From Raillietiella orientalis (Eukaryota), in NCBI GenBank assembly GCA_036172245.1, contig JAYWIR010000007.1, positions 1,488,001-1,552,000 on the forward strand: a DNA stretch of 64,000 bases. The letters run 5' to 3'. Below the pieces are notes generated by a model. The model saw only the letters and a list, made by a program, of their open reading frames with translations, was not told the origin of the DNA and did not search any database. Positions within the stretch are counted from its first letter, which is position 1. Each line of letters starts with the position of its first letter. This document shows, piece by piece, positions 15,101 to 27,119 of the stretch. The position numbers and the translations under genes are program-made.

Positions 15101-16260
15101 ACACGGTGCTTTTCGTTGGTGATAATAATTACCACCGAGTCACTTTTGGAGCCAAGGAGGGGAAAACGCGATGGATACCCTGCTTTTAGGAGCAAACGGG
15201 AGTGAACGTAGGCTGAAAACAAATCGATGATTGTTCTTCGCCTTCTGTTTTGCTCCAGTGTACAATTGCGCAGTACTTTCACTGATCAAATGCTCCCTTC
15301 GTGACCTACTGAGAATTGATTAATAGGACGGAATCCGTCCACGAAACGCTTTCGCCTGCATTCTTATTATCGTTATTTAATCCGTTTCGTTGCAGACATA
15401 CTTGCGTCCTTTTGGAACACGCTATGGATGAAACTTATCACGGTACGTAATCACCGCATTCTTATCATCCATCTCCGTTTTCCGAATGGCTTCCGAACAG
15501 ACCCAATTACTACTACTTCGGAGAAGCCGCTGAAAATCGCCGCACTTTGAAGTTATCCGGCTTGAAAGCTCGGAGACTGCAGCTTGAAGTGGCAGACCGC
15601 AGCAGCTTTGGGGGGTCATCGGAGGCGGCGGGAGCTCGACCACTCTCGCAAGATGCTCCCGGATGAAGCGGATCCGTTCGGGTAAACTTCTTCCCGTTTC
15701 GCGTATTCCTGCGACCGACCGTTGGCTCTTCTTCACCAAATGCGCTAGGAGGTGATGAGAGAGGGCATTCCTTCTCACCACGGCATCGAAACGTATGGAA
15801 CAGGAAAGTAAAAGAAAAAAAAACCTTCGAAAATCCCTTCCTGCGAGCGAGCGCGCACACAGTAGCCAGACAACCACGGGGGGGGGGAGAAGAAAAACGA
15901 AAAAAAAAACCGAGCTGCCGATGTACTGCTTCTGGTCGGCAAGAGTCGTGAGCTCTTGAGGCACAAGCACGCGCTAAGCAAATTAGAAACAAATCGCTTC
16001 TCGCGGATAAAAGTTTCTGTACCACAGCACCGATCACGCGGGGTAAAGTGGATCTGCCCTTGTTCCTGTGAACTTACCCTATTTTCAAAACGCGCTATCG
16101 GATCTTCGTCCCGCCCCAGCGAACGTTCCACCAGCTCGCGGATCTCTCGTCGTTCTCCCAGACAGACGCAGCGAAAAGCAAAATAAATTACCACCGCGGC
16201 CGATGCTAAAGAAGGCTCCAGTGGAAAACAGTACCGTGGTGCACACGAACTCGACACGAC
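12200..16260 (-). CDS. Probable multi-exon gene or genes, product unknown
   Basis: Long minus ORFs (16257-15775, 15970-15422, 15282-14656, 13184-12741) separated by homopolymer-rich intron-like tracts. GTAAG donor at 13201. No family recognised. Confidence 0.4.
13654..13676. repeat. (GCT)n trinucleotide repeat
   Basis: About 7 GCT units read directly from the sequence. Confidence 0.9.
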
Positions 16261-17085
16261 TCACTTTCTAATGAACACACGCCCTCCACGGAGCTGACCT
16301 CGACAACACTACAACATGTTTACAGGCACTTTTGCTGGCAATTTGTTTGATGGAGAGATATCACCAAACTGATGGCAGCACTTGACACTTCGATTGTGTT
16401 CCATCGGGATTTGGAACGGGAACACTTCGCAGGAAAACCCATGAGAACGTGCGAGAGGAAGGAAGTGACGATTATTTTTCCAGCAAATGTGTGTACCCAC
16501 TGTATCAGTGATTTCGTAAACAAAAGAAGAAGAGGGGGAAAAAAATCGTAGTAAAAAAAAAAAAGAAAAAAAAAAAAAAAGGAAAAAAAAAAGTTCTCTG
16601 GGTTGTCGCAAGAAGAAGCAGTTCTGATTTTATTGCTAGGTGGGAGCAGCGCATCTCATCTCAAGTTTTATTTGGACCACTCTGGAATCGCTCCCCGTCC
16701 GCACTGTGAGAAGACGATTTTCGAGACTGACTGAACATGCGGCGTGTGTGTGCGTGCGTGTTTGTGTGTATGAACGAAAATATGCAGTGGTTATTTGGCG
16801 TTAATTCCGGGTTACGTTTTCGTTTGTCAAGGTTTGTTCTTCAAAAAGTACCATCTCATGCAAGTCAATCAGTGAGAGTTGTCCGTCGAAAGGAAAGTAA
16901 AAAAAAAAAAAAAAAAAAAAAAACAGCTAATCAAGGAAATGAGACATTTCCATTTCTGGCAGCGAGGAAAAATAGAAATGCATTTAAAACACACCGCAAG
17001 CAAACGTGAAGTAGAAAACTAACCTTCTGCAGTCATGATTAGGGTAATAATGAAAAAAAACAAAAAACAAAAAACAAATAAACTG

Positions 17086-17394
17086 ATGACAAAGAAGGGA
17101 CCGATTGCTGATTCCACTGACGAAGCTTTGGAGCGGAGCAGATGCTCTATGAGAACCGCGCAGGAAACTAAAGGAATGCGATCGAAATTCTGGAACGGAT
17201 ATTCGGAAGCTGGAGCGACGGACTTCTTGAAAAATCTTGAAAAATTCCAGATGCTTCAAGAAATCCTCTTCGGAGAGGATTCCAATCTGAGAGGGAACGC
17301 TACACTGTTTTCACGCATCGGAACACTGGCATTGCGAAACAAGTCGGTAAGAATAAAACGACTGCATTTGGAAATAACGAATCGTTCTAATGCA
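17086..17394 (+). pseudogene. Possible retroelement gag-like fragment cut by leader copy A
   Basis: KFWNGYSEAGATDFLKNLEKF loosely recalls the F-x-G...FL..FE pattern of gag capsids. Weak, judged by eye only. Confidence 0.15.
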
Positions 17395-19200
17395 TGCGCC
17401 GCGTTGGCGGCCGCGTGGCACCCAGCGCTGAGGGTTCGAACCCCCCCCCCCCCCTCCCACCTGGAGGATCCGACGGCCGAGAACGGGGGGCTGCGTGGTG
17501 GGTTTCCAGTTATCCCCGCGAGATGACGCTGGTTGGCCTATTCGGGTGCGGCACTGGGAGAAAACCAGAAACCCCCGGATGCCCCCGTCGGCTAGCCGGG
17601 ATTGGAAGTTGATTCTCCGGGGGGTCCTTCCAGGAATCAGGGAGACATTCCCCCTCCCCCCGTGAGAATGGAGCTACCCTCCATCTCGTACCACCGAGCT
17701 GGTTGGTGCCTCTCCAGAGTGTCCCCCCCCCCGCGAAATATGACGCCGGCTTGCCTATTCGCGCGCAGCGATGGTAGGAAGCCGGGAACCGAATGTCCCC
17801 GTCGACTGGCAGGCATTGCATGTGGACCTTCCAGGGTCCTTCCGGGAATCAAGGAGTCGGATTCCCTTCGGAGTTCCCCTCCCGTCATGAAGATGGAGCT
17901 TTCTCCTCCTCCCCCCCTTCCCCGGTGAGAAAGATCCTCCACGGAGCTGGTTGGTACCTCTCCAGAGTGTCAAGAAGCGCACTTCAGAGGAATTGGAAAG
18001 CGTCCCTTCGGGGTTCTCCTCAGTGTTTCCCTATGGAGAAGAATGATGTAGGGTTCTCTTCGGGGGGGTAGGGTCCCTCCTGAGAAAATAAGGACGAGAC
18101 TACTTCCCAAGCGTAAGAGGAACGAGCTCCTTCCTCCGTAGCCTTCCTGGATTCTTAGGGTGGTCCCCCTCTAACTTGAAGGGTTACGCGCGCACCCTCG
18201 GGTGGCGTGGACAGCGTTAAAAGAGCTGCGTGCCACCCCCTGTAAGGAGGCGGACGGCTCTCTTGAGCACTGAGCGAACCAAAAAAGAAAGAAAACCCGA
18301 AAAAGGAAAAAGCTAAAAGGGGAAAGCGTCGAGAGCGGAAGAACGCAAAAGGATTTCCGTCACCAAGGATTTCCTTTCCGTCGTGCGCCGCTCCTGGAGA
18401 GGTCTGTCTGCCTTTCTGATCTGTGCCACTCAACTTTCTGACCGACCGGCTCACATGAGACGCCCTTCCTCGTTCTGCTAGCGGCCGATCCTGCTGGAAG
18501 GTCCAGGAGCTCTTGCTCCTCGGGCAGCTGAGCGGAGCACGGAAGCCCCTCTTCCTGTGTGCAGCTCTGATGTCGTTTCTCCTGGTGCAGGCGGCGCATC
18601 CCAGAGTCCGACCGCTCCGGAACTGCTCCCCATCCGAATCTTCTCAGCGCGCCCCGTTCTCGCGGTCTTTCCGAGGAGCGAAATTTTTCGCGAATCCAGA
18701 ACGGCCCGCTCGCGTGGCTCCCCCGGGACGCGGGCACGCGTTCTCCTCACTTTGCCGGCACACGAGGAAGTTTCCCCGCCCGGATGCTCTCGCCCTGGCG
18801 ACATTCTGTTCTCTTTGAAGCGCCGAGCCCCGAAACGCACTCCAGTTTCATCTTGCTCCTTCGTAAGCGCCAGAAGCATCTGCTGGTGCCCTCAGGAGGA
18901 GCTGGTCCGCTCCTGGATCGAATCCACCCATACGAGACCGTCGACGCTCTGCTTTCGCGAGCGTCGCGGTCGGTCAACGATTCGACGACCAGGGCGAGAC
19001 CGTCGCAACACTCGGAAAATGTTGGGTTGGACCCCGTGTGCTCTGTCCTGCAATTCCTGCAGCCTGCCCTTCGTTCCCGTCCGGGAACATTGCGGAGTTT
19101 CTGGGTGACTGGCCATCAGCTACACAGCGAACCTCCCGCGCAAACAACGTTCCTTGAGCGCCGTCACGAGTATCCGCATCGGCCATTTTCGTAAGCTTAG
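17395..19200 (+). mobile_element. tRNA-headed structured leader, copy A (17395-18290), followed by decayed ORF1-like sequence
   Basis: B-box GGTTCGAAC at 17433-17441; stem GCTGGTTGGC/GTCGGCTAGC at 17528-17596; GNRA hairpin at 18223-18260. Homology with copies E and F continues downstream. Possible zinc-knuckle remnant (VTGH) near 19090-19120. Confidence 0.75.
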
Positions 19201-19889
19201 CGACGCGCGGATGCAGACACGAACGAGACACGAAAAAAAAAAAACCACCTGAATGATTCCTAATGATCTGAGGGGGAATCGAAAAGCCAGAAACCCCCAA
19301 ATCAGCGACTCACGGCCAACGGCTACTCAGGTGGAAACGACGCATGCCTTTGGAGGAGCACAGTTTTATGTGGACGGGCATTTTGCTTTGCGTGCGTATG
19401 TGTGGATGTCTGTCTGTGTGTGTGTGTGTGTTTTTTTCCGGCAAGCAATTCCAAAGCAGAGAATGCACCTGTGCGTTCCATGCGATTCCTGTGATTTTCT
19501 CGAAGTCACTGCGGGTTTCATTCTTTCCGCTTCGGACTTCACGCCCCTCATCTTTTCACTCCGGTGCCGGAAGACGGAACCTCCTTCGTCTTCCGGCGTT
19601 ACATCTCGATCCATATCCAAGGTCGGGGATGGGGAGGCGCGGACGCGATCGGGCCGGCTGGGGTCCCCGACTGACTCGGCGAACGGTGAGCTGGAACGAA
19701 GGCCTTGCTGCTCGCCAAAATCGATTCCTCCGTGAAGATGTGGGATTTGGGCGAGCCCTCGTATCGATGAACTCGGGAGTGCTTAGGCAACGCGACCAGA
19801 GGTCCTGCATCTCCCCCTAATCACCATGGCAGCACTTTCCAGACGTCGGAGTGTTCACTGATGATGCGGATTGCATGGTGCGCTTGATG

Positions 19890-22640
19890 CTAATGGATTA
19901 TCACTCGGGTGCGCTGGGGTGTTTATTTCGTATACCAATAAACATTCACAATCTCTGTGGTTGGACAGGTGGTTAAGCCACGTCCGTTTTCAGAACAAAC
20001 TGCCGCATTACTGGTGCGCAGACCGGTGAGGTCCGCCACGGCAGCAGAGGGGAAGGAGGGCAAACAAAAAGAAACAAAAATAAAAATAAATAAATAAATT
20101 TAAAGGCGGGAAGGAATCACGGGGATTGGTCATCTGCATCCTTTCGAGGATGCCGGCAAGCTCTTGCTATATGCTGTGTCTTCAGGTGGGGCCGCCCCGT
20201 TGCCATCCTCATGAATCGGACGACAGAGTGGATGTGGCACCACTGTTGCTGTGTCCTCTTCTTGCGTCGCTCCAGGCAGCGACGATCCCGCATACGCTGC
20301 AGAGAGCTGCTGCTAGGGAGGCTGCTGGCCGAAGGGCTTCGCGTAAGAGGAGGGGTCTCAAAGCGTCCCTGGGTTTGCCGCCGCAGGTTCCTAGAGTCGC
20401 AGCGAAGCGTTCCCACACAGACCGGAAGGCAACAACACAATCCACAAGTAGGTGCTAGAGGGATTCGAGCTCCTCGCAACTGACATAGTTCGGATCCACA
20501 TGCCACATGTCCAGTGATGCCAGCGGGCGTTACAAGGGAGGCCCCAGTGCAACAGCGCCGACTCCTGACACTTTAAGGGGAGGGTGCGAGTGTCCATGAG
20601 TGCCGCAGGCCACTGCCGGTCTTCCTCCGGAATACGCGGTAGCTCGCCCCAGCGCAAACGTGGCGTTAAATGGAGGTGCGTAACGCGTGCCCATGCGAGA
20701 GCGTTCAATCGCTGCCTTGGGGACTTTGGGCGCTTCAGTGAGCACACACCCACCCCACCGGCTTCCAGGTCGAGCGGCAGCACCGATCCTTTGGTGCGAA
20801 CCGAAGGAAGGGGTGATCCTAAATCTTTGACTTTTTTCACGCTGACAGTTCGAATTTCCTCTGGGTGCTCTTTTTTCTCCGCCTCCTGAGGATCCGCAAT
20901 GTCGCCGAGATCACACGCACTCCAAAGAGGCGCTACTGTCCCTACCGGGTCGGCACTCACCACGTGATCCGAAGCGGTCCTGGAAGTTCCAGCCCCGAGC
21001 ACGCCCTGGGTCTCTTCAGCCACCGCGCGCTTGGCGACCCGGGGCGCGGGTGAAGGCGATCGATGCGTCGGACGAGCAGCGTCCGGCGAGGACCGGCGAG
21101 AAGGGAAGCAGCGGCGCCCGAATCGATCTGCGCAGTCCCAGCGCCGAGATCCCGGGTGGCCCCTTCGACACGCCCGACCGATCATCCCCAGGTGTCGCGC
21201 AGGATGCGCCTTAGAGGCTGGATGGAGCGGTGTCAAGGAGAGCTGCAGTTCCTAAATGGCAGCCGCCGGCGCACTTCCCTTCCGTTCTTTCCCCGGAACG
21301 CTCAGCCGGACACTTCCTGGGCCGACCAGTGCTCGGGAGGACCACTCGGCCCCCTTTCCTGCTCGGCGTGGCAGCGGGACGGCCGGCGGGAGAAAATGGC
21401 CTCCGGACGGAGGGTCAAGGAAAGAAGGGGAGATTGCGCGCAGCTGCTGACCAAGAGCAGACGGAAGGTAAAAAAGCACAGACGCCTCTTCTCCTCCCCC
21501 TCTTCCCGCCGGTAGTAGCGGTGGGCATGAGCCCGGCGGAGGTGCCACACCGCCTGGCGCGAGAACATCCCGTCCGGATGGGGAGACCCTTGCGGCGGCG
21601 GAAGGTCAGGGGGAAAGGGACACCCGACGCCTCCCCCGCGCAGGCAGCTCCAAGGTTGCGCGACCTCAAGGTGGAACTCCGCCGCTGCCCGTCCGTGCCG
21701 GTTGGCAACCCGCCTGGACTTTTTTCGGGTCCCGCAGCATCCGGAGCGCCGGCGAGCCTTTCATCTCGCTTGACGAGGTGTTCGCTCTCGACCAACAGAC
21801 TCAGGCACGACACGCTCCCATTACGTGCACTGCTACACCCAGCTAATCGACCTTCCTCGCCAGTACAACCGTCGCGTGTATTGCGGAGCGCACGCGTGAA
21901 GGCGAGCGGCTCCGAGTGAAAATCCGGTGCAGAGCTGCTAATGATGTATGGGAAATCCACCCACGCCGGGACCATTCAGTCGAGCAGGAGCAGCGAGGGA
22001 AGGCGGAGGTGGAAGTCGACCCTGGAAATCCTGGAAATTCGCTCCCTCCCCTTCCCCCTCCCCCTCCCCACTCCTTGACTTTAATCAAAAGAGGAGGTCT
22101 GCCAGGGGACTTTGGATGTCTTCGCCAACAAACCCGAACGGAGGATCTCCGAAGATTCAAAAATAACACGGGAGGCAAACGATCGCCTCGGGTGGAATCT
22201 CAAGCGAGTGGAGTGCTCCGTGAGCGCGCGTCGCGCACGACTGGATGCGATGACCTGACCATGGAGCCAAGACCGTCGGCCGCCCTCGGTCCGAGGGAGG
22301 ATGCGGCGGCGGTGCAACGGAAGGCACTTCCGGAGGGTCCTCTTCTGCTGGCCAATTGGACCGGCGCACCCCCCAGAAGCAGAGTGTGCCGTCCGAAGAT
22401 CCTCCCCGTCCCTAGACCACCCGGGTCGAGAATGAGGTCTCCGAGAATTCAGACCAGAGGCAGCGCACCTTGCGCGCATGCCCAACGTCGAGGTCCGCGG
22501 GATGTGCATCGCGAGGTCGCGGACCAGCTGGGTTCCGCCGACAGCGGCAGGTGTGAGGAACGAAAGTTCTTGGAACCGAGTTGAACGACGGTTGGCACTG
22601 CGCCGGAGGTCAACTCTGTCGCCTAATAAAAGGTCTGCAT
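19890..22640 (-). mobile_element. Internally deleted L1/Tx1-like LINE relic (ORF1-like, APE endonuclease, zf-RVT, 3' UTR)
   Basis: APE motifs RRIDRL (21070-21053) and SDH (20972-20964); zf-RVT SCEELESL*HLLVDC near 20480-20435; family C-terminus ELAGILERMQ; conserved 3' UTR motifs at 20045-19895. Confidence 0.75.
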
Positions 22641-22644
22641 CGGA

Positions 22645-23445
22645 GGCCACGCGGTCACGGTCTACGCGAGTGGCACCACCAAGCTTCGCGGGTTCGATTA
22701 CTCGGCAAGAATCGACGCCGAGAAATGGAGGGAGGGGAGGGGGCACTGCACGTTCGGATTCCTCCCGCTAGATGCCGCGCTGGTTGGCCTACATTCATCC
22801 GGGTGCGGCGCCAGTAGGGTTCAAACCGGATGCCCACGATGAGTGGCCGGGACAATGGGAGTCGAGCCTCTGGAATCCTCCCACGAAATAGAATCAAGAA
22901 GTGGGAGTTCCCCTCCGGTTGTGCAAAGGACCGGTCCCCTCCCCGCTTTTCGGAAGGGGGGACCCTCCGTGTGGTACCCTGGAGTAGGTGTGTCTCCACC
23001 ACCTTTCCAGAGAGTGTAGAGAAGCGCGCCGCTCCCTTCGGGAAGCTCCTTTCTGAGAAATTTCGGAAGCGTCCTTTCGGGGTTTTCTTCAGAGGAGGGA
23101 AGGAGCGGTTCCCTTGCGTGGGTCACTCTGGAGAAGAAAAATGGAGCGGATTTCTCCGGAGAGAATAAGGAAGAGGTGGTTCCTTTCGGGGTTCCCTTCG
23201 GAGACAACCGAGATGGAGGTTTCCCTCCGAGGCTCCCTCCCCAGTCGTGAGAGGAACGGACTCCGAGCCCTTCCTGGATTCATAAGGGAACACCCGTGAG
23301 GTCCCCTCCCGGTTACCCCCTATCTCGAAGAATTACACCCTCAGGCGGCGTGGAACCGTGTCAAAGAGCTGCGTGAGCCGCCGCCAGGGATGTGACGGTT
23401 CTTGAGGTACTCGGCGAGCCCCCAAAAAGAAAACCCCAAGAGAAG
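22645..23445 (+). mobile_element. tRNA-headed structured leader, copy B
   Basis: GGGTTCGATT at 22690-22699, GGGTGCGGC at 22801, TTCG hairpin array at about 23020-23230, terminal hairpin at 23366-23401. Confidence 0.8.
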
Positions 23446-23522
23446 GTCGAAAACCTGAAGACTTCACTTTGGCCTGGCTTTGGCAGTCGGATTTGGGACA
23501 AAGGCTGATGGGGCATGCTTTT

Positions 23523-24298
23523 GGCACCGCGTTGGCGCAATTGCGGATGCGGTCTCCGCGCGTGGCGCCAAGCGTCGCTAATGGTTCGAACTCCCACGCG
23601 GAGGAACAACTGCCGGGAACGGGGGACATGCGTCGTGGGCTTCGAGTCCTCCCTTGCGAAACAACGCCGGCTTGCCTATTCGCGCGCAGCGACGGTAAGA
23701 AGCCCCGGGAACCGGATTCCCCCATCGACTGGCCGGCATTGGAAGTGGACCTCCTAGGGTCCTTCCGAGAATCAAGGAGTCGGATTCCCTTCAGAGTTCC
23801 CACCCGGTCATGGAGATAGAGCCTTCCCCTCCCCCTCTTCACCGGTGAGAAAGACCCTCCATCTCGCACCACGGAGCTGGTTGGTACCTCTCCAGAGTGC
23901 CAAGAAGAGCGCTGTTCCCTTCGGGGAGCGCTCTACAGACAAATTCGGAAGCGTCCCTTCGGGGTTCTCTTCAGAGGACGAGGAAACAGGGAGCGGTTTC
24001 CCTCCGGAGAAGGAATGAGGATTTCCTTCCCCATCCGGAGGCCCCTCCGGGGAGAACGTGGAAGGAGTTCCCTTCGAAGCTCCCTCCCAAGAGTGAGAGG
24101 AACCGACTCCCTTCTCCGGATCCCTTTCTAGATTTATGGGGTGGTCCTGGGGTGGTCCCCTCCCTGGATACCCTCTAACTTGAAGAGGTACTACACCCAC
24201 TCTCGGGTGGCGTGGAACAGCGTTCAACAGCTTTGTGAGCCTCCAGGCGGGCAACAGTTCTCGGAGACAAATAGTGGACCAAAAAAAGAAGCAAACCG
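23523..24298 (+). mobile_element. tRNA-headed structured leader, copy C (tandem with B)
   Basis: A-box-like TGGCGCAATTGCGG near 23533, B-box at 23583-23591, closing stem GGAGTCGG (23776-23783) with CCGACTCC (24103-24110). Confidence 0.8.
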
Positions 24299-24709
24299 GA
24301 AGCCCTGCCAGCACCAACGAGGCATGTTCCTCGGAGACACCACTCCAAAGAAGGAGCTCGTGATTTTTGGAGACTGCAGGCGTTGTGATGCCTCCTCCAG
24401 TTCACTGAGCCACATTTCATCCGGCCGAAAGCTGGTAGGAAGATGGCTGCTTTCGCTCCTTCCCTTTTCTTCGGTCGCCTCTGGTCCTCGTCGAGATGTG
24501 GAGGAACGAGTTTCCGCTCCGTGCCGGGGAACACTTCGCTTCCTCCTCCTCGCTCCTCGAGGAAGAGTCAGGATTGCGCCGGGGACGCAATCGGAGCGTT
24601 CCAAGGATTGCGAACGTTCCAAGTCAGGGACCCCGGTTGTGCGTTCGGCTTTGGTCCCTTTCGTCTTCGTGCGCGCAACGCTACTCCGAGCGGTCCGGTA
24701 AACGCTGGA

Positions 24710-25540
24710 GTTGACCACCCAGTCACTCTGGGGCGTGGGGTTCGTTGAGCCTCGTGGTGGGGAACCAAAACCCACCATAGCCAATTCACCAATGGACCTG
24801 CCAGGTCGCCGGTGCGCAAACCGGCGCAGACTCGACAGCGGAGGGGGTGGGGAGAAAACAAAAAGAAAGAATAAATAAACTATAAATAAAAATCTTTGAG
24901 AGGGTTGGGAAGGGATGACTGGAGGGAAAGGGAAGGTATCATCACTTCTCTAGAGGGAGTCTGCATCCTTTCCAGGATGCCGCCCAGGTCCGTTCGGATA
25001 GGTCCCAGGTGATGCCATTTAGCCGCCATCCGCAGAAAGCAAACTGCGAGCTGGACGGCGTATCTCCCGTTCCTTCCTCCTTCGGCTTCGCTCCAGGACG
25101 CCACGACCCAGAGGATGCAGCAAAGCGCTGCTGGGGCTGCGGCCGGCTGCAGGACATCCCGCATAAAGAGAAACCGCAAAAAGTCCCTGAGGGTGCCAAC
25201 CGGGGTCGTCCCGAAACGTTCCTATACGGGCCGGAGAGCAATACAGTCCATAAGCAGGTGCTGAGAGGGGGATTCCCGTTCCTCGCACCTGCGACAGTCC
25301 GGACTCGTCCTCCCCCGCGTTTGGTGTTGTCGGCAGAAGTTGCAGGGAAGACCCTAGTGCAACGGCAGAAGTGCCCACTCCCACCACTTCGGGGGGAGGG
25401 CGCTGCTGTTCTTGAGCACTGGAGACCACTCCAGGTCTTCTGATGGCATAGCGAGCAGCAAACGCAGGCGCGGAACTCCCCTTCGGAAGGAACGGCAGCC
25501 GACGAACGAGTGCGAAGAGGGACGCATCCGGGAAGATCCG
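24710..25540 (-). mobile_element. 5'-truncated LINE relic (zf-RVT and 3' UTR)
   Basis: SPDCRRCEERESPSQHLLMDC and TDLGGILERMQTP, followed by the conserved 3' UTR motifs. Confidence 0.85.
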
Positions 25541-27119
25541 AGCGATCAGCGACGACCTGGAGCACTAGAAGAAACCGCGGACACTCGTTGGTGCGCAGTT
25601 GCTGAACGTTCCGTGCCGGGTAAAGCCGCGCCATCCTCGCGGGCTCCCGGCACGGAACGTTCAGCATCCGCGCATCTGTTTGTCTCCTCTTCCTGCTGCA
25701 AACACGCGCGTGAAAATGCGTGAGCAAAAAAAACGGTCCGGAGGCGTCTCTCTCTTTTCCCGAGTCCGCGTCGAGGTGCTTCCCGTGAGCGTTTTTCAGG
25801 TGCGAGGGTTGCTGGGACACGCTGCTCCCGATGTCGGTGGTGGGGATGGGGTGAGAGCCGAGACCCTCGGGGGAGGCGGAAGAGCTGCTCTGATCTGGCC
25901 CCCGGTGTGCAACCCACGGACCGGAAGCTCTACGAGCCGCTCGCGCTCCGGGAACGCACGATCCGGGCGTGCGCGAAGCCGCCTCGACGATGTATCGCCG
26001 ATGGAGGGGACGATTTTTCGTGGGTTGTCCTGACAACGGAAACGCCGCGCTCCCCTCTTCTGCCCCCGCGAAATCCTGTTTCAATCGGTTCCCCGCTTCA
26101 TTAATGCCCGCAATCAGGATGCGCAGGAACCGTTTCCGTGCGGATCGTCGCGCAGCTGCTTCGCTGCGCTGCTCTCCGCAGCGCGCTCACCTGTGTAGGA
26201 CGGGTTCGCCCCTTCCCCCATCAAGCAGGGGGAGGACAAAGAGCTGCTGTGATCGCCCCTCTGCCTACCGAGACGAGAGAGCTGCTTGGCCCGATGCGAA
26301 TTCGGGAAACACCCCGTGCAGTGACTCTGGACACTTCGAATCTGCGGGAGCGCCTTAGTGAGAATGGTGGAAGATCTTCGTGGGAAGGAGGGGGGAGGAA
26401 TTCAAGATCCAGAACGGGCACCTGCCTGCCTTTCTAAAGCTTTTCCCTCAAAGCCATAAAATTCCCTGATATGGAAAGAAAAAAAAAAACGCGTTTCCCT
26501 TCCGCATTAACACTCGGGATGTTGCTTCGCGTCGTTCAAATCTCTGTGGGCGCACAGACTTGTTGGGGGTGCTCTTTGAGCTGCTCCGTCCCTGTTCCTG
26601 CACGCGTAGATCAAGATGTCCACGGCGGCGACTCACCCGCTGGGCTGGGCGAGTGGGTGGGTCGCGTCCGGCGCTTGCAGCAGCAGATTTTCCCCTTGGG
26701 ACCCCGGAGGTGCGCTCGACGTACCCATCCTGCTCTTCGGATGTTCCCGGCAACCCGTTTAGCCGTTCGAGAGCAGCCGCCGCGCTTGCCTCTGAACTCG
26801 TGGACGCCAATCCGTTTGCGACACGAAACTTCGCTTTCCGCCTTGAATTCGTTTCCGGGATGAAAAATTAAAATCTTTCAGAAAACGAATTTGCAAAATC
26901 CACATCAAAAACAAGTTTCGATGTGGATTTGCCAACGTGGAGATCCAGAAAGACCACATCTTCCCTACTTCGAATGACTCTCTGATCCGTCCAATGCCGG
27001 TTAAACCGATGTTCGCGAACTCCCTACTTTCGGAGATGTGTTAGGACCATTTCAGAATGCTGCATGGTCGGGCCCGCGTGGGTGGAAACGGTCGGCCTTA
27101 CAAGGTAACAATCGGCCCT

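Noticed and set aside
14927..15207. Plus-frame LFVGDN resembling a HAD motif
   Set aside because: The frame has three stops and is the in-phase antisense of the stop-free minus ORF 15282-14656.
17395..17460. Functional tRNA genes at the leader heads
   Set aside because: Only B-box and partial A-box motifs remain; no consistent cloverleaf or acceptor stem in any copy.
23900..24090. CRISPR-like repeat-spacer array
   Set aside because: Units are degenerate hairpins with low-complexity purine linkers shared between copies; there are no unique spacers or cas genes, and the context is eukaryotic.
24942..26084. 380-aa ORF, and likewise 48500-49918 and other long ORFs in 18-55 kb, as genes
   Set aside because: They are Arg/Pro/Ser-rich off-frame readings crossing boundaries of GC-rich element relics.
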